Source: Aulosira sp. ZfuVER01 (GTDB lineage Bacteria > Cyanobacteriota > Cyanobacteriia > Cyanobacteriales > Nostocaceae). From it: 64,000 nucleotides of DNA. Shown one piece after another: positions 1 to 10,500 of the stretch. The stretch lies in NCBI GenBank assembly GCA_034530615.2, contig JAVRCV020000055.1, positions 1-64,000 of the forward strand. The letters run 5' to 3'. Within the stretch, counting starts at the first letter, position 1, and every line of letters begins with the position of its first letter. The position numbers and the translations under genes were made by a program. The notes below the pieces were generated by a model. It was given only the letters and a program-made list of their open reading frames with translations. It made no database searches and was not told where the DNA came from.

Positions 1-154
1 CAGTTGAATTTCTGACTATTTTTCTTTCCCTGAAGTAACAAAAGAGGGATAATTCCTCACATCTTCCTCACATTTTGTTTCTAACCTTAAAGTAGAGTCT
101 ACGTTTCGTTTATCAATCAAACTCTTCAGAGATAGAAAATATTGGAGAGGAAGT

Positions 155-907
155 ATGCTCAACGTTGTGCGTCGCAGTCAAATTATCGGATGGATAGCAA
201 TACATAGCTCGACAGCTGCTCGTTTTGGTGAGTTAGAGGAAGTCTGGATAGATGAATCGGGGCGTATTGCCTATTTTTCGGGTGGAGAAGCTTATTTACC
301 AGTAGAAAGAATTGCTGGCATAGGTATGGGTGCAGTTTCAACTTATTATTTCCCAGTGCTGGATACTCCAGAAAATCTGCGTCGCTTGCATCAAACTACT
401 GTTGAATCTACGCTGGGTGAAACTCTTGGTTGGGTGGAAGATTTTTTATTTGATTGGCAAACTGGAGAAATCGCCGCTTACATTGTAGCCGGAGAAATTG
501 CGGCTCCTTTTGGTGGAAAAGCAGTGTTGTATCCCGAAGATATCGAAGTAATTGACATAGATAAAGTAGTTATCCGCGAAGATGCTCAAGACCAACTTCA
601 GGGCGAATTAGAGGGATTGAAGGGTTTCTTTAGTGAGAAATCACAACAAGTACAACATTTGGTACACATGATAGGCGATCGCCTACATCATCTGATTGCT
701 CCTGAAGATAAACCAGAAGTTGTTCGCGTCAAAATTCAGGAAGTTAGCAACGAGGTAGCAGCTTCTAGCAATCATCCGCATCACGTTTTGCAAGAAGCTA
801 CGGAGTTTTTACAAGAGCAATGGCATCATTTGCAACAGAGTATTACCCGTGCAGGCGAGCGCGCAAAATCGGCTCTAGATGCTGCTTGGAAGGTCATTTG
901 TCATTAG
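155..907 (+). CDS. PRC-barrel domain protein (two PRC-like barrels plus helical C-terminus)
   Basis: ORF track; GGAGAGG RBS; repeated 'G-x-l/vEe/d-v/f-x-x-D-x-x-G-x-I-aY' pattern typical of PRC barrels. Confidence 0.7.
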   Translation: MLNVVRRSQIIGWIAIHSSTAARFGELEEVWIDESGRIAYFSGGEAYLPVERIAGIGMGAVSTYYFPVLDTPENLRRLHQTTVESTLGETLGWVEDFLFDWQTGEIAAYIVAGEIAAPFGGKAVLYPEDIEVIDIDKVVIREDAQDQLQGELEGLKGFFSEKSQQVQHLVHMIGDRLHHLIAPEDKPEVVRVKIQEVSNEVAASSNHPHHVLQEATEFLQEQWHHLQQSITRAGERAKSALDAAWKVICH

Positions 908-921
908 TGGAGGTGAAGTTT

Positions 922-1599
922 ATGCATAGCACATTAACACAGAACCCGCACGAACGCCTGGTGTTAGTCACAGCAGGTAAAGTCAAGCTAGAGGGGAATT
1001 TGGTCATCCCGGATGGTGCTACAGGTGTAGTTTTGTTTGCTTATGGTAGTGGTAGTAGTCGCCATAGTCCTCGCAATCGCTTTGTGGCCAGAGTTTTACA
1101 ACAAGCAGGACTAGCAACTTTATTAATTGACTTGCTCACCCCTGAAGAAGAAGAAATTGACCTACGGACAAGACATCTGCGTTTTGATATTGGTTTGTTG
1201 GCATCGCGGTTAGTTGGTGCGACAGATTGGCTAGCAAAAAACCCAGATACCCAAAACCTGAAGATAGGTTACTTTGGCGCTAGTACAGGCGCTGGTGCAG
1301 CACTCGTCGCCGCCGCAGAACGGAAAGAGGCGGTGCAGGCGGTTGTCTCCCGTGGTGGACGACCCGATCTAGCTGGTTCAGCCTTACCTCATGTTAAAGC
1401 AGCAACATTGTTGATTGTTGGTGGTTACGATACGCCAGTCATAGCGATGAATGAGGAGGCACTAGCAAAATTGCGATCGCCAAAACGGCTGGAGATTATT
1501 CCCAAAGCCACTCATTTATTTGAAGAACCAGGCACATTGGCAGCAGTAGCACTACTAGCAAGTGAATGGTTTACCCATTACCTCACGATTGGGGTTTGA
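922..1599 (+). CDS. dienelactone hydrolase-like alpha/beta hydrolase
   Basis: GSGSSRHSPRN, GYFGASTG nucleophile elbow, SRGGRPDL, HLFEEPG; start moved to ATG 922 after GGAGG. Confidence 0.85.
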   Translation: MHSTLTQNPHERLVLVTAGKVKLEGNLVIPDGATGVVLFAYGSGSSRHSPRNRFVARVLQQAGLATLLIDLLTPEEEEIDLRTRHLRFDIGLLASRLVGATDWLAKNPDTQNLKIGYFGASTGAGAALVAAAERKEAVQAVVSRGGRPDLAGSALPHVKAATLLIVGGYDTPVIAMNEEALAKLRSPKRLEIIPKATHLFEEPGTLAAVALLASEWFTHYLTIGV

Positions 1600-1606
1600 A
1601 AATCTG

Positions 1607-1650
1607 ACGGCTTTTCAGAAAAAAATCGCTTCGTTTAGATGAAAAGCCGT
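1607..1650 (+). terminator. 11-bp inverted repeat, possible terminator
   Basis: ACGGCTTTTCA ... TGAAAAGCCGT just after stop codon. Confidence 0.5.
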
Positions 1651-1739
1651 GAAATTCTTAATACCAGATTCCACCAAAATAAATTAGCTGTGTTTGATAA
1701 TTAGATTCCAGATAAACTTATCAGTAAAAATTCATATAT

Positions 1740-2960
1740 ATGTTGTTAGCGACTGTGCTATTAACAGCAAGTTTGCTCTTACCCAATAGAGTGTTTGCAG
1801 AACCAACTCAGCAAAATTTATTACCAGTTGTACAGGTACAGTTACCCAAAAAATCTGTTATGCCTAAAACAGCTTTAGAAAGACTCTTAACTTCCGAGCC
1901 AGTACAACCTGACTGGTTTAGTTCTGAGTTTTTGTCTCATATACCCATCTCCCAGGTTCAACAAATTATCTCCAGTATGAAACAGGGACTAGGAGATTAT
2001 CAGAAAGTTCAAGAGCAAGGAAAAAATTACATAGTTGTGTTTGCGCGTGGTTATGTCCCAACGCAAATTGCTGTTGATGCCAATGGTAAAATTACCATGC
2101 TATTGTTTCGTCCGCCTGTGGCTCAGGGCAAGACTTTAGAAGAAGCGATCGCAGAATTTAAAACTTTACCTGGGAAGGTGAGTTTTCTGGTTTTAGAAGG
2201 TAAATCAGAACGCGCTGCATTAAATGTCAACACTCCGCTAGCAGTTGGTTCGGCTTTTAAATTAGCAGTTCTGCAAACGCTCAAATCTCAAATTACTTCA
2301 GGTAAGCGATCGTGGCGGGATGTGGTTGAGTTACAACCAGGCTGGAAAAGCCTACCATCTGGAACTTTACAAACCTGGCCTGATGGTTCACTTTTAACTT
2401 TGCAGACATTATCTGCTTTCATGATTTCTCAAAGTGATAATACTGCAACTGATGGCTTAATAAATATTATTGGCAGGCAAGCAATTGAATCTCTTACACC
2501 CCGCAATATTCCTTTCTTAACTACCCGAGAATTCTTTACTATCAAAAGTGCCAAAAACCAAGAGTTATTGCAACGCTATCGTAATAGTAATCTAGAAGAA
2601 AAAAGAGAAATTTTACAATCATTAACCACACAATCTTTGCCCGATACCAGCGAATTCTCTGGGAAACCAGTAGCTTTAGATATTGAGTGGTTTTTTACGG
2701 CTCAAGAACTGTGCTATTTGATGGCGCAAGTTGCCGATCTACCTTTGATGAGTATCAATCCTGGCGTTGCTAATGCTGAAGATTGGGAAAGAGTCGCATT
2801 TAAGGGTGGATCGGAAGCTGGAGTTTTAAATCTGACAACTTGGCTCAAAGCTAAGAATGGTAAGCAATACTGTGTAGCTGCTACTTGGAATCATGATGCA
2901 CCTTTAGAAGAATCTCGTTTTATGAATTTGTATGCAAGTGCGATCGCAGGCTTAAAGTAA
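1740..2960 (+). CDS. secreted serine hydrolase, class A beta-lactamase-like fold with extra N-terminal domain
   Basis: signal peptide; GSAFK (SxxK), SDN and KGG motifs. Confidence 0.8.
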   Translation: MLLATVLLTASLLLPNRVFAEPTQQNLLPVVQVQLPKKSVMPKTALERLLTSEPVQPDWFSSEFLSHIPISQVQQIISSMKQGLGDYQKVQEQGKNYIVVFARGYVPTQIAVDANGKITMLLFRPPVAQGKTLEEAIAEFKTLPGKVSFLVLEGKSERAALNVNTPLAVGSAFKLAVLQTLKSQITSGKRSWRDVVELQPGWKSLPSGTLQTWPDGSLLTLQTLSAFMISQSDNTATDGLINIIGRQAIESLTPRNIPFLTTREFFTIKSAKNQELLQRYRNSNLEEKREILQSLTTQSLPDTSEFSGKPVALDIEWFFTAQELCYLMAQVADLPLMSINPGVANAEDWERVAFKGGSEAGVLNLTTWLKAKNGKQYCVAATWNHDAPLEESRFMNLYASAIAGLK

Positions 2961-3092
2961 TACCGACTGTACTATTGCGGTTTAAACTCACCATCATTTG
3001 TATAAAACTAGGCAATAGTTTTTATAGATGAATCCAGAAATTGCGACTTTGGCAGTGTATATTTTCAGGTAACATTACACGCAAAACCGAGA

Positions 3093-6000
3093 ATGTCTAC
3101 AGGTAAGTCAGATATAGAACTAGCTAACCGTATTCTGCTGAAGAAGCAGGGTAAAACTAAGATTTACGCTCTTTGTACAAATCGTCCTTGGTTTTTACCG
3201 TTTGATGGCTTAGTGATTCCAGTTGGCTACCAAGGAGGTATAGGCGGATTTGGTCAAAGTTTTTTGGCTGATTTAGGACAAACAGACTACGGTGCAAGCT
3301 TTTTCGATTTCATGCAAAAAGAGTTGTCAAAAAATAATTTGTCTGAAATTCAGCCAGATCAACCACTTCTCTTAAGTTTACCTCCTGAAATTAATTTGAC
3401 TCTCTCTCAACTTCAAGGAAATGAAGCTGAAAGATTTACTATTCTTGCAACTGTGGAATCAGATTCAAAGACAGGAATCATTATCAATGCTAGCAACGCT
3501 GCTAAAGCCGCGGCGGCTGCGATTCGTCTTGCAGCAACGCAGAGATTGACACGTTTAGTCATTCCCCCCTTAGGTAGTGGAGTGAATCGCCTGAATAAAC
3601 AGGAAGTTGCGATCGCTATGCTACAAGCAATTGATCGAGCACTCGCAACTAATCAAAACAAAAATCATGTAATTGAAGAAGTCACAATAGTAGACAGAGA
3701 AAATCTAACTGGAATACTGCGTACAGCTGCACTTCGGCTAAATGATTTCTTGGCTCAAAGTCCTAAAAATGATTTACCTTCAGGACAAGACCTTCTCAAT
3801 ATTGAGAATGAGGTTCATGCATTAGCAGAAGTTTTATTAATGCGTAGTTTAGAGCCGCCGCTAGCTGTTGGCATTCTTGGTGGATGGGGCAGTGGTAAAT
3901 CCCATATTATGCACCTGATGCAGCAAAAAATGACTCAAATTCGCAGCCAACCCGTAAATGAGAAAAAAGCATGGGGTAATTTAGCAAACTGCGATCGCGA
4001 TTCAGTTAAAGAACAGCTTTCACCCTACGTAGGACACGTCTACCAAATCACATTTGATGCGTGGACTTATGCTCGCTCTAACCTCTGGGCAAGTTTAATG
4101 GAAACGATACTCTTTGAACTAAATCGCCAACTGACTTTGGAAAACCAGTTAGAGAAATTAGGAGTTTTTGCCTATGAAGGAGGCAAAATTTGGGAAGCAC
4201 TAAATGAAATGAGCGATCTGCAAAGAAGAGAGTTATTTTATGATGCCAAATTAACCAAGGAACAATTAGAAAAATTAGAAAAATCAGGAACGCATAGTGA
4301 AGTAGAAGACTTACTTTGGGAAAGTTTAGAAACTTCCAAAAAAAGAGAAGTTCAAGCTCTAAAAGATAAAGAGAAAGAACTGCAAGCAGAACAGAAAAAG
4401 CTAGACGAAAAAATCAGACAGGTACAACAAGAAGTAGAAGAAAAAATTGTAAATAAGCCTGAAAAAGAAATATGGTTTCAGCAAATCAAAGATGAATTAC
4501 TTGAAAAGTACTTAGGCAAAGAGTTTAAAGAGTTTAAAGACAAAATTAAGCAGACTATTCAAGATAATCAACAAGATTCAGAATCATTAGATAATAAATT
4601 CGCAGATTTTAAAGCCAATAAAATAGTTACATTAAAAAGCCTGACATATTGGATATCTAAAAATAGAAAACTCATAATATTATTTATTATAATTTTAATT
4701 ATAAGTTTCGCTATTCTATTTAAATTAGAACAGTTAAAAGCTGGTATTATACCTCAGATTTCTGCGGCTTTAGTCACAATCACACCAGGAATAGCCGTAG
4801 CACAAGAGTTAGTTAAAAAATGGAGAGGATATATCGAGACAATTTCTAAAAAATTTGACGACTATCAAAAAAAGGTAGAGAAGCTAGCAGAAACGGAACG
4901 GCTCAACTCAGCTAAAATTCGCGAAGAAGAAGTAAAAAAAAGGCTAGATACGCCAGAAGTTAAAGCAAGTGAAGAAAAGATAAAATATTTGCAAGCGGAT
5001 GTAGAGCAACAGCGCCAAATAGTCATCCAAATATCTCAAGTTTCTCTGCCAGATTTTATCAGCAATCAATTAGAAAATGGTCTGTACGGCAAACGTTTGG
5101 GTTTAATGCAGCAAGTCAAAAATGACCTAGCAACTATCACAGAACAACTACTCCCACCCAAGCAAAAAAGTGAGAGATTCAAAGAACATATTGAACGCTT
5201 ACAAGGCATATTTCCTAGAGGTCCAGCAAGAGTTGTACTTTACATAGATGATTTGGATAGATGTCCACCTAACCGAGTTGTAGAGGTATTAGAAGCAGTT
5301 CAACTTTTAGTCAAAACACCATTATTTGTGGTTGTTTTGGCGATAGACGAACGCTACATTGCGCGGGCTTTAGAAAAAGTGTATGCAGGTGTTTTACATC
5401 GTAATGGCAAACCTTCAGGTATTGATTACATTGAGAAAATTATCCAGATTCCCTATCGAGTCCGACCAATTGCCCGTTCATCTTTGAAGAATTACTTAGA
5501 AGCTCAAATGCAATATGATAAGGGAGAAGTTGAAGATATAAATGATAAGAAACTTACCCCAGATATCGATGAAAGTCAACCAGAGAGAAATGAAGGTACA
5601 AGACAGATAGTAGCAAGAGGAACTGTTAATAATACTGCTGATGACAGCAAAGCAGAAAGTGACGATAAAACCGAATTAATGGAAGATTTACCATTACAAG
5701 TAATCGAATTTACTAAGGAAGAATTTGATACAGTACATGAATGTTGCCAACATATTGATCTTTCTCCTAGAACTCTCAAGCGATTAATTAATGTCTATAA
5801 GCTTTTCAAAATTATTTGGTTTCGCTCTAGTAGACTTGAGGATATTCAGGAAGATGAAACTATTCGCAAGGTAATTGTTTCATTTCTAGCCCTTTCGGGT
5901 AGATACCCCTGTTTAATGCGGAGTGTATTTGAAGATTTAGAAATGTATTTTGAAGAGTCAAGAGACTTGGAGCGCAATCTGCTTGAGTTCTTTCCTCAGA

Positions 6001-6212
6001 AACCATCTGTAAATAGTGATGGTTATCTCTATAGAGAGTGGAAAAGGCTAAGTCATGATGTCAAAATGTTGGGGCTGAACGATATCACATTGCAGCAATT
6101 AGGTGAAGACACTTTTAATATGGTGCGAGCATTCTGCTTTGTTGGTGATATTGGTTACGATCCTGATGATTTTATTCACCATCAACAGTTATCTAGTACA
6201 GGTTCAGATTGA
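3093..6212 (+). CDS. KAP-family P-loop NTPase with N-terminal macrodomain-like region, coiled coils and two TM segments
   Basis: Walker A GGWGSGKS, FDAW, Walker B VVLYIDDLDRC, YIEKIIQIPY, SPRTLKRLIN; N-terminal LVIPPLGSG...IEEVTIV resembles macrodomain C-terminal motifs. Confidence 0.85.
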   Translation: MSTGKSDIELANRILLKKQGKTKIYALCTNRPWFLPFDGLVIPVGYQGGIGGFGQSFLADLGQTDYGASFFDFMQKELSKNNLSEIQPDQPLLLSLPPEINLTLSQLQGNEAERFTILATVESDSKTGIIINASNAAKAAAAAIRLAATQRLTRLVIPPLGSGVNRLNKQEVAIAMLQAIDRALATNQNKNHVIEEVTIVDRENLTGILRTAALRLNDFLAQSPKNDLPSGQDLLNIENEVHALAEVLLMRSLEPPLAVGILGGWGSGKSHIMHLMQQKMTQIRSQPVNEKKAWGNLANCDRDSVKEQLSPYVGHVYQITFDAWTYARSNLWASLMETILFELNRQLTLENQLEKLGVFAYEGGKIWEALNEMSDLQRRELFYDAKLTKEQLEKLEKSGTHSEVEDLLWESLETSKKREVQALKDKEKELQAEQKKLDEKIRQVQQEVEEKIVNKPEKEIWFQQIKDELLEKYLGKEFKEFKDKIKQTIQDNQQDSESLDNKFADFKANKIVTLKSLTYWISKNRKLIILFIIILIISFAILFKLEQLKAGIIPQISAALVTITPGIAVAQELVKKWRGYIETISKKFDDYQKKVEKLAETERLNSAKIREEEVKKRLDTPEVKASEEKIKYLQADVEQQRQIVIQISQVSLPDFISNQLENGLYGKRLGLMQQVKNDLATITEQLLPPKQKSERFKEHIERLQGIFPRGPARVVLYIDDLDRCPPNRVVEVLEAVQLLVKTPLFVVVLAIDERYIARALEKVYAGVLHRNGKPSGIDYIEKIIQIPYRVRPIARSSLKNYLEAQMQYDKGEVEDINDKKLTPDIDESQPERNEGTRQIVARGTVNNTADDSKAESDDKTELMEDLPLQVIEFTKEEFDTVHECCQHIDLSPRTLKRLINVYKLFKIIWFRSSRLEDIQEDETIRKVIVSFLALSGRYPCLMRSVFEDLEMYFEESRDLERNLLEFFPQKPSVNSDGYLYREWKRLSHDVKMLGLNDITLQQLGEDTFNMVRAFCFVGDIGYDPDDFIHHQQLSSTGSD

Positions 6213-6237
6213 GCGAGAATTTGATATTTTCAATTAA

Positions 6238-6266
6238 AAATCCCCATAAATAAATTTAGGGGATTT
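6238..6266 (+). terminator. stem-loop after KAP gene
   Basis: AAATCCCC-N13-GGGGATTT. Confidence 0.5.
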
Positions 6267-6354
6267 CCTGATTCTCTGTTCTCTTTTAACCATAGGGAAG
6301 ATGAAATACAACTGCGATCGCAGTTATAACAAACCAGGTTAAGGAGATAATCAC

Positions 6355-7335
<981 letters not shown>

Positions 7336-7381
7336 GTTATGCATAGGGCATAGGGAAGAGATAGGGGAGATGGGAAAGAAA

Positions 7382-7441
7382 ACTCCCCACCCTTCCCACC
7401 CTTCCCACACTCCCCACACTCCCCACCCTTCCCACACTCCC
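7382..7441. repeat. 9-bp tandem repeat (STRR-like, CCTTCCCAC/ACTCCCCAC)
   Basis: about 6 tandem units, preceded by a complementary purine tract. Confidence 0.8.
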
Positions 7442-7573
7442 TTGTCACATTTCTTCTTTACACTCCCTACTCCCCTTTCAGCCAAAACTTCACTCTAAAG
7501 GAAGATCCTAATTAGGGCATAACTCGGATTCAATAGAAAAGACCGTGCCGTGTATGCATACGGATAAAACTAG

Positions 7574-10500
7574 ATGAAACGTGATGCCACTGGTAAGTTC
7601 GTTAACAATTGGGACTCAGAAACGAAACAACGAGTAAGCCTATCTCTTACCAGTACAGCGTGGCGATTGCTGGATACGGAGGCTCAAAAGCGGGGAATTT
7701 CCCGTTCAGAAGTGATTGAACAGGTTGCTCGCAGTTTGGGAAGCGAGCAAAATCTTGATGGCAATGCTGAAAAAGCTCCGCTACAAGAACCCTTAATTGA
7801 GCAGCAAGAGCAGAAACAGGAGTTAGAAACCCTACTAGAAAATACACCAGATGCGATCGCGCGTTTCGATGCGCAAATCCCTTATTTAGCTGCTCAAGAA
7901 ACTGAACACCAAGTAACAACAATTCTCGAAAGTATTACGGATGCCTTTGTAGCTTTCGATCGCAATTGGCGCTACGTCTACGTGAATCAAGCGGCGGCGG
8001 CAATTCTCCATCAAACGCCAGCAGAACTGATGGGAAAACACGTTTGGCATGATGTGTTTCCTGAACTAGTAGGTGGATTCGCATATCAGGAAATGCATCG
8101 AGCGATCGCACAACAAGTGCCTGTTTCCTGGGAAGAATTTGGGGAGCCTGTTCAGCGTTGGTTAGAGGTGAAGGCTTATCCCTCAGCAGAGGGTTTGGCA
8201 GTTTATTTTCGCGATATCACACAGCGTAAGCAAGCTGAAGCAGAAAAAGAAAGGTTGTTACAAGAACTGGAAACAGAACGCACTCGCTTTGAAGCGGTGT
8301 TACGACAGCTACCAACAGGTGTGTTGATTGCCGATGCTGCATCTGGTAAGTTACTACTCGCCAATGAACAAGCCAAAAAAATTGTTGGGTACGACTACGA
8401 ACAGTCACTTGAGCTTGAAGAATATGTACCTATTACTCCATTTGCAGCCTTTAGCTGTGATGGACAGATCTATGCACCTAACGACTATCCACTGGCGCGA
8501 TCGCTTTTTCAGGGTGAAGTGATTTCTAACGAAGAAATGGATTTACATCATAGTGATGGCAGCCATGTTTTTATTAATGTAAATTCTGCACCGATTCTCG
8601 ATCGCCAAAATCAAATTGTTGCAGCTGTTGTTGTCTTTGAAGATGTTACCGAACGCAAGCAAGCTGAGGCTTTACTGCAACAGCAAGCTGAGGCTTTAGA
8701 AAACCAGCAGAAGTGGTTAGAAACTGTGTTGGATTTGATGCCAACGCCAACGGTATTTCTGGAACCAGAAACGGCCAAAATCACCTTCTCTAACCTCATT
8801 GCCAATGAGTTGGCGGGTGGTGAATTGCCGAAAAACAAATCTTTTGATGAGTATCTCAGTGACTACTATTGTACTGATGCCAATAGCGAACCCATTCCCA
8901 CCCAAAAAATGCCTGTGGTTTTAATAGCCAGAGGAGAACGGCTAGAAAACTATCAAGTGGAGTGGCATACTCCGGGTGGGATTCGCTCAACGCTTTGCTG
9001 GGGTGAAACCTTGCCAGCCATGTATGGACATCCGGCAATTGGCATTTGTATGTTTCAGGATGTAACTCACCTGAAGCAGATTGAAGAAAACTTGCGACAA
9101 ACAGAAGAACGTTTACAGCTTGCCCTATCTTCTGCCCAAATGGTCGCTTGGGACATGGATTTAATGACGAATCATATAGTGTGTTCTCCCAATGCGCTCT
9201 CAGTTTGGGGTATTCAAGTAGGAACGGTAGAAGAGTTTGTGGCGATGATTCATCCAGACGATCGCCAAGGGGTGAGACAATCGGTGGCAAAAGCGATCGC
9301 GGGAGAGCCGTACTACAAGCAGGAGTATCGGGTAATTACTCCAGATGGTGTAGTGCGCTGGCTCAATAGTCAAGGACGAGTTTATCTTGATGAAACTGGG
9401 CGGGGAGTGCGCATGACTGGTGTTTCGGTGGATATTACAGAGCGCAAACAAATTGAAGCCGAGCGCGATCGCTTGTTAGCACGAGAACAGGCTACGCTGA
9501 AAGAGCTTCAGCAGAAGGAGAGACAACAGCAATTCTTAATCGAATTAAATGATGCGATTCGTGCCATTCAAGACTCGCAGGAAATTATGTGGCGGGTAGT
9601 GTCTGCCACAGGGCAACATTTAAACGTCACACGCTGTACTTATGCTGAAATTGATTCTACTCAAGAATACGTGATTGTCGATCGCGACTATTGCAATGGT
9701 GTCATCAGTGTAGCTGGTAGTCATCGCATGGATTCCTTTGGCCCGCAAATCATTGCTGAACTCAAGCAGGGCAAAACAATTGTCGTCAATGATGTCAATA
9801 CCGATCCGCGGACTGGGGAATCTGGAGCAGCAAGCTTTGATGCCATCCAAACAAAATCTCTGTTGTGTGTTCCCTTAGTGAAAGCAGGGCGATTTGTCGC
9901 GCTATTTGTCTTGCATCATGTTTCCCCGCGCCACTGGACAGAAGATGATGTGATACTAATGGAACGAATTGCCCAGAAAACTTGGTTAGCCGTGGAGCGA
10001 TCGCGCGCTGAAGAAGAATTGCGGGAAAGTGAAGCTCAACTGCAAGTGGCGCTGAAGGTTGGACGCATGGGAACCTGGAACTGGGATATGCAGACTCGCA
10101 CGCTCATTTGGTCAGAAGGACACTTCACTATCTTAGGTTTGCAATCAAATAGATGTAAACCCAGTTATAAAGCTTGGGCAAATCAGGTGCACCCTGACGA
10201 TCTCGCAGAAACGAGGGCGAAATTTCAGCAAGCTATGACTGAGAAAACAGAGTATCATCACGAATATCGGCTACTCTGGGCAGATGGCTCAATTCATTGG
10301 GTAGAAGCGAGAGGAAAATTTACTTACGATTCTCAGGGAAATCCCAAACACTCCATCGGTGCTGTTATTGACATCACAGAGCGCAAGCAAGCTGAACAAG
10401 AACGGGAACAATTGCTAGAACGCGAACGCATTGCCCGTAATCAAGCAGAAGCTGCACAAAATCAACTAGCAAGGATTTTTGAAACCTCTCCGGTGGGAAT

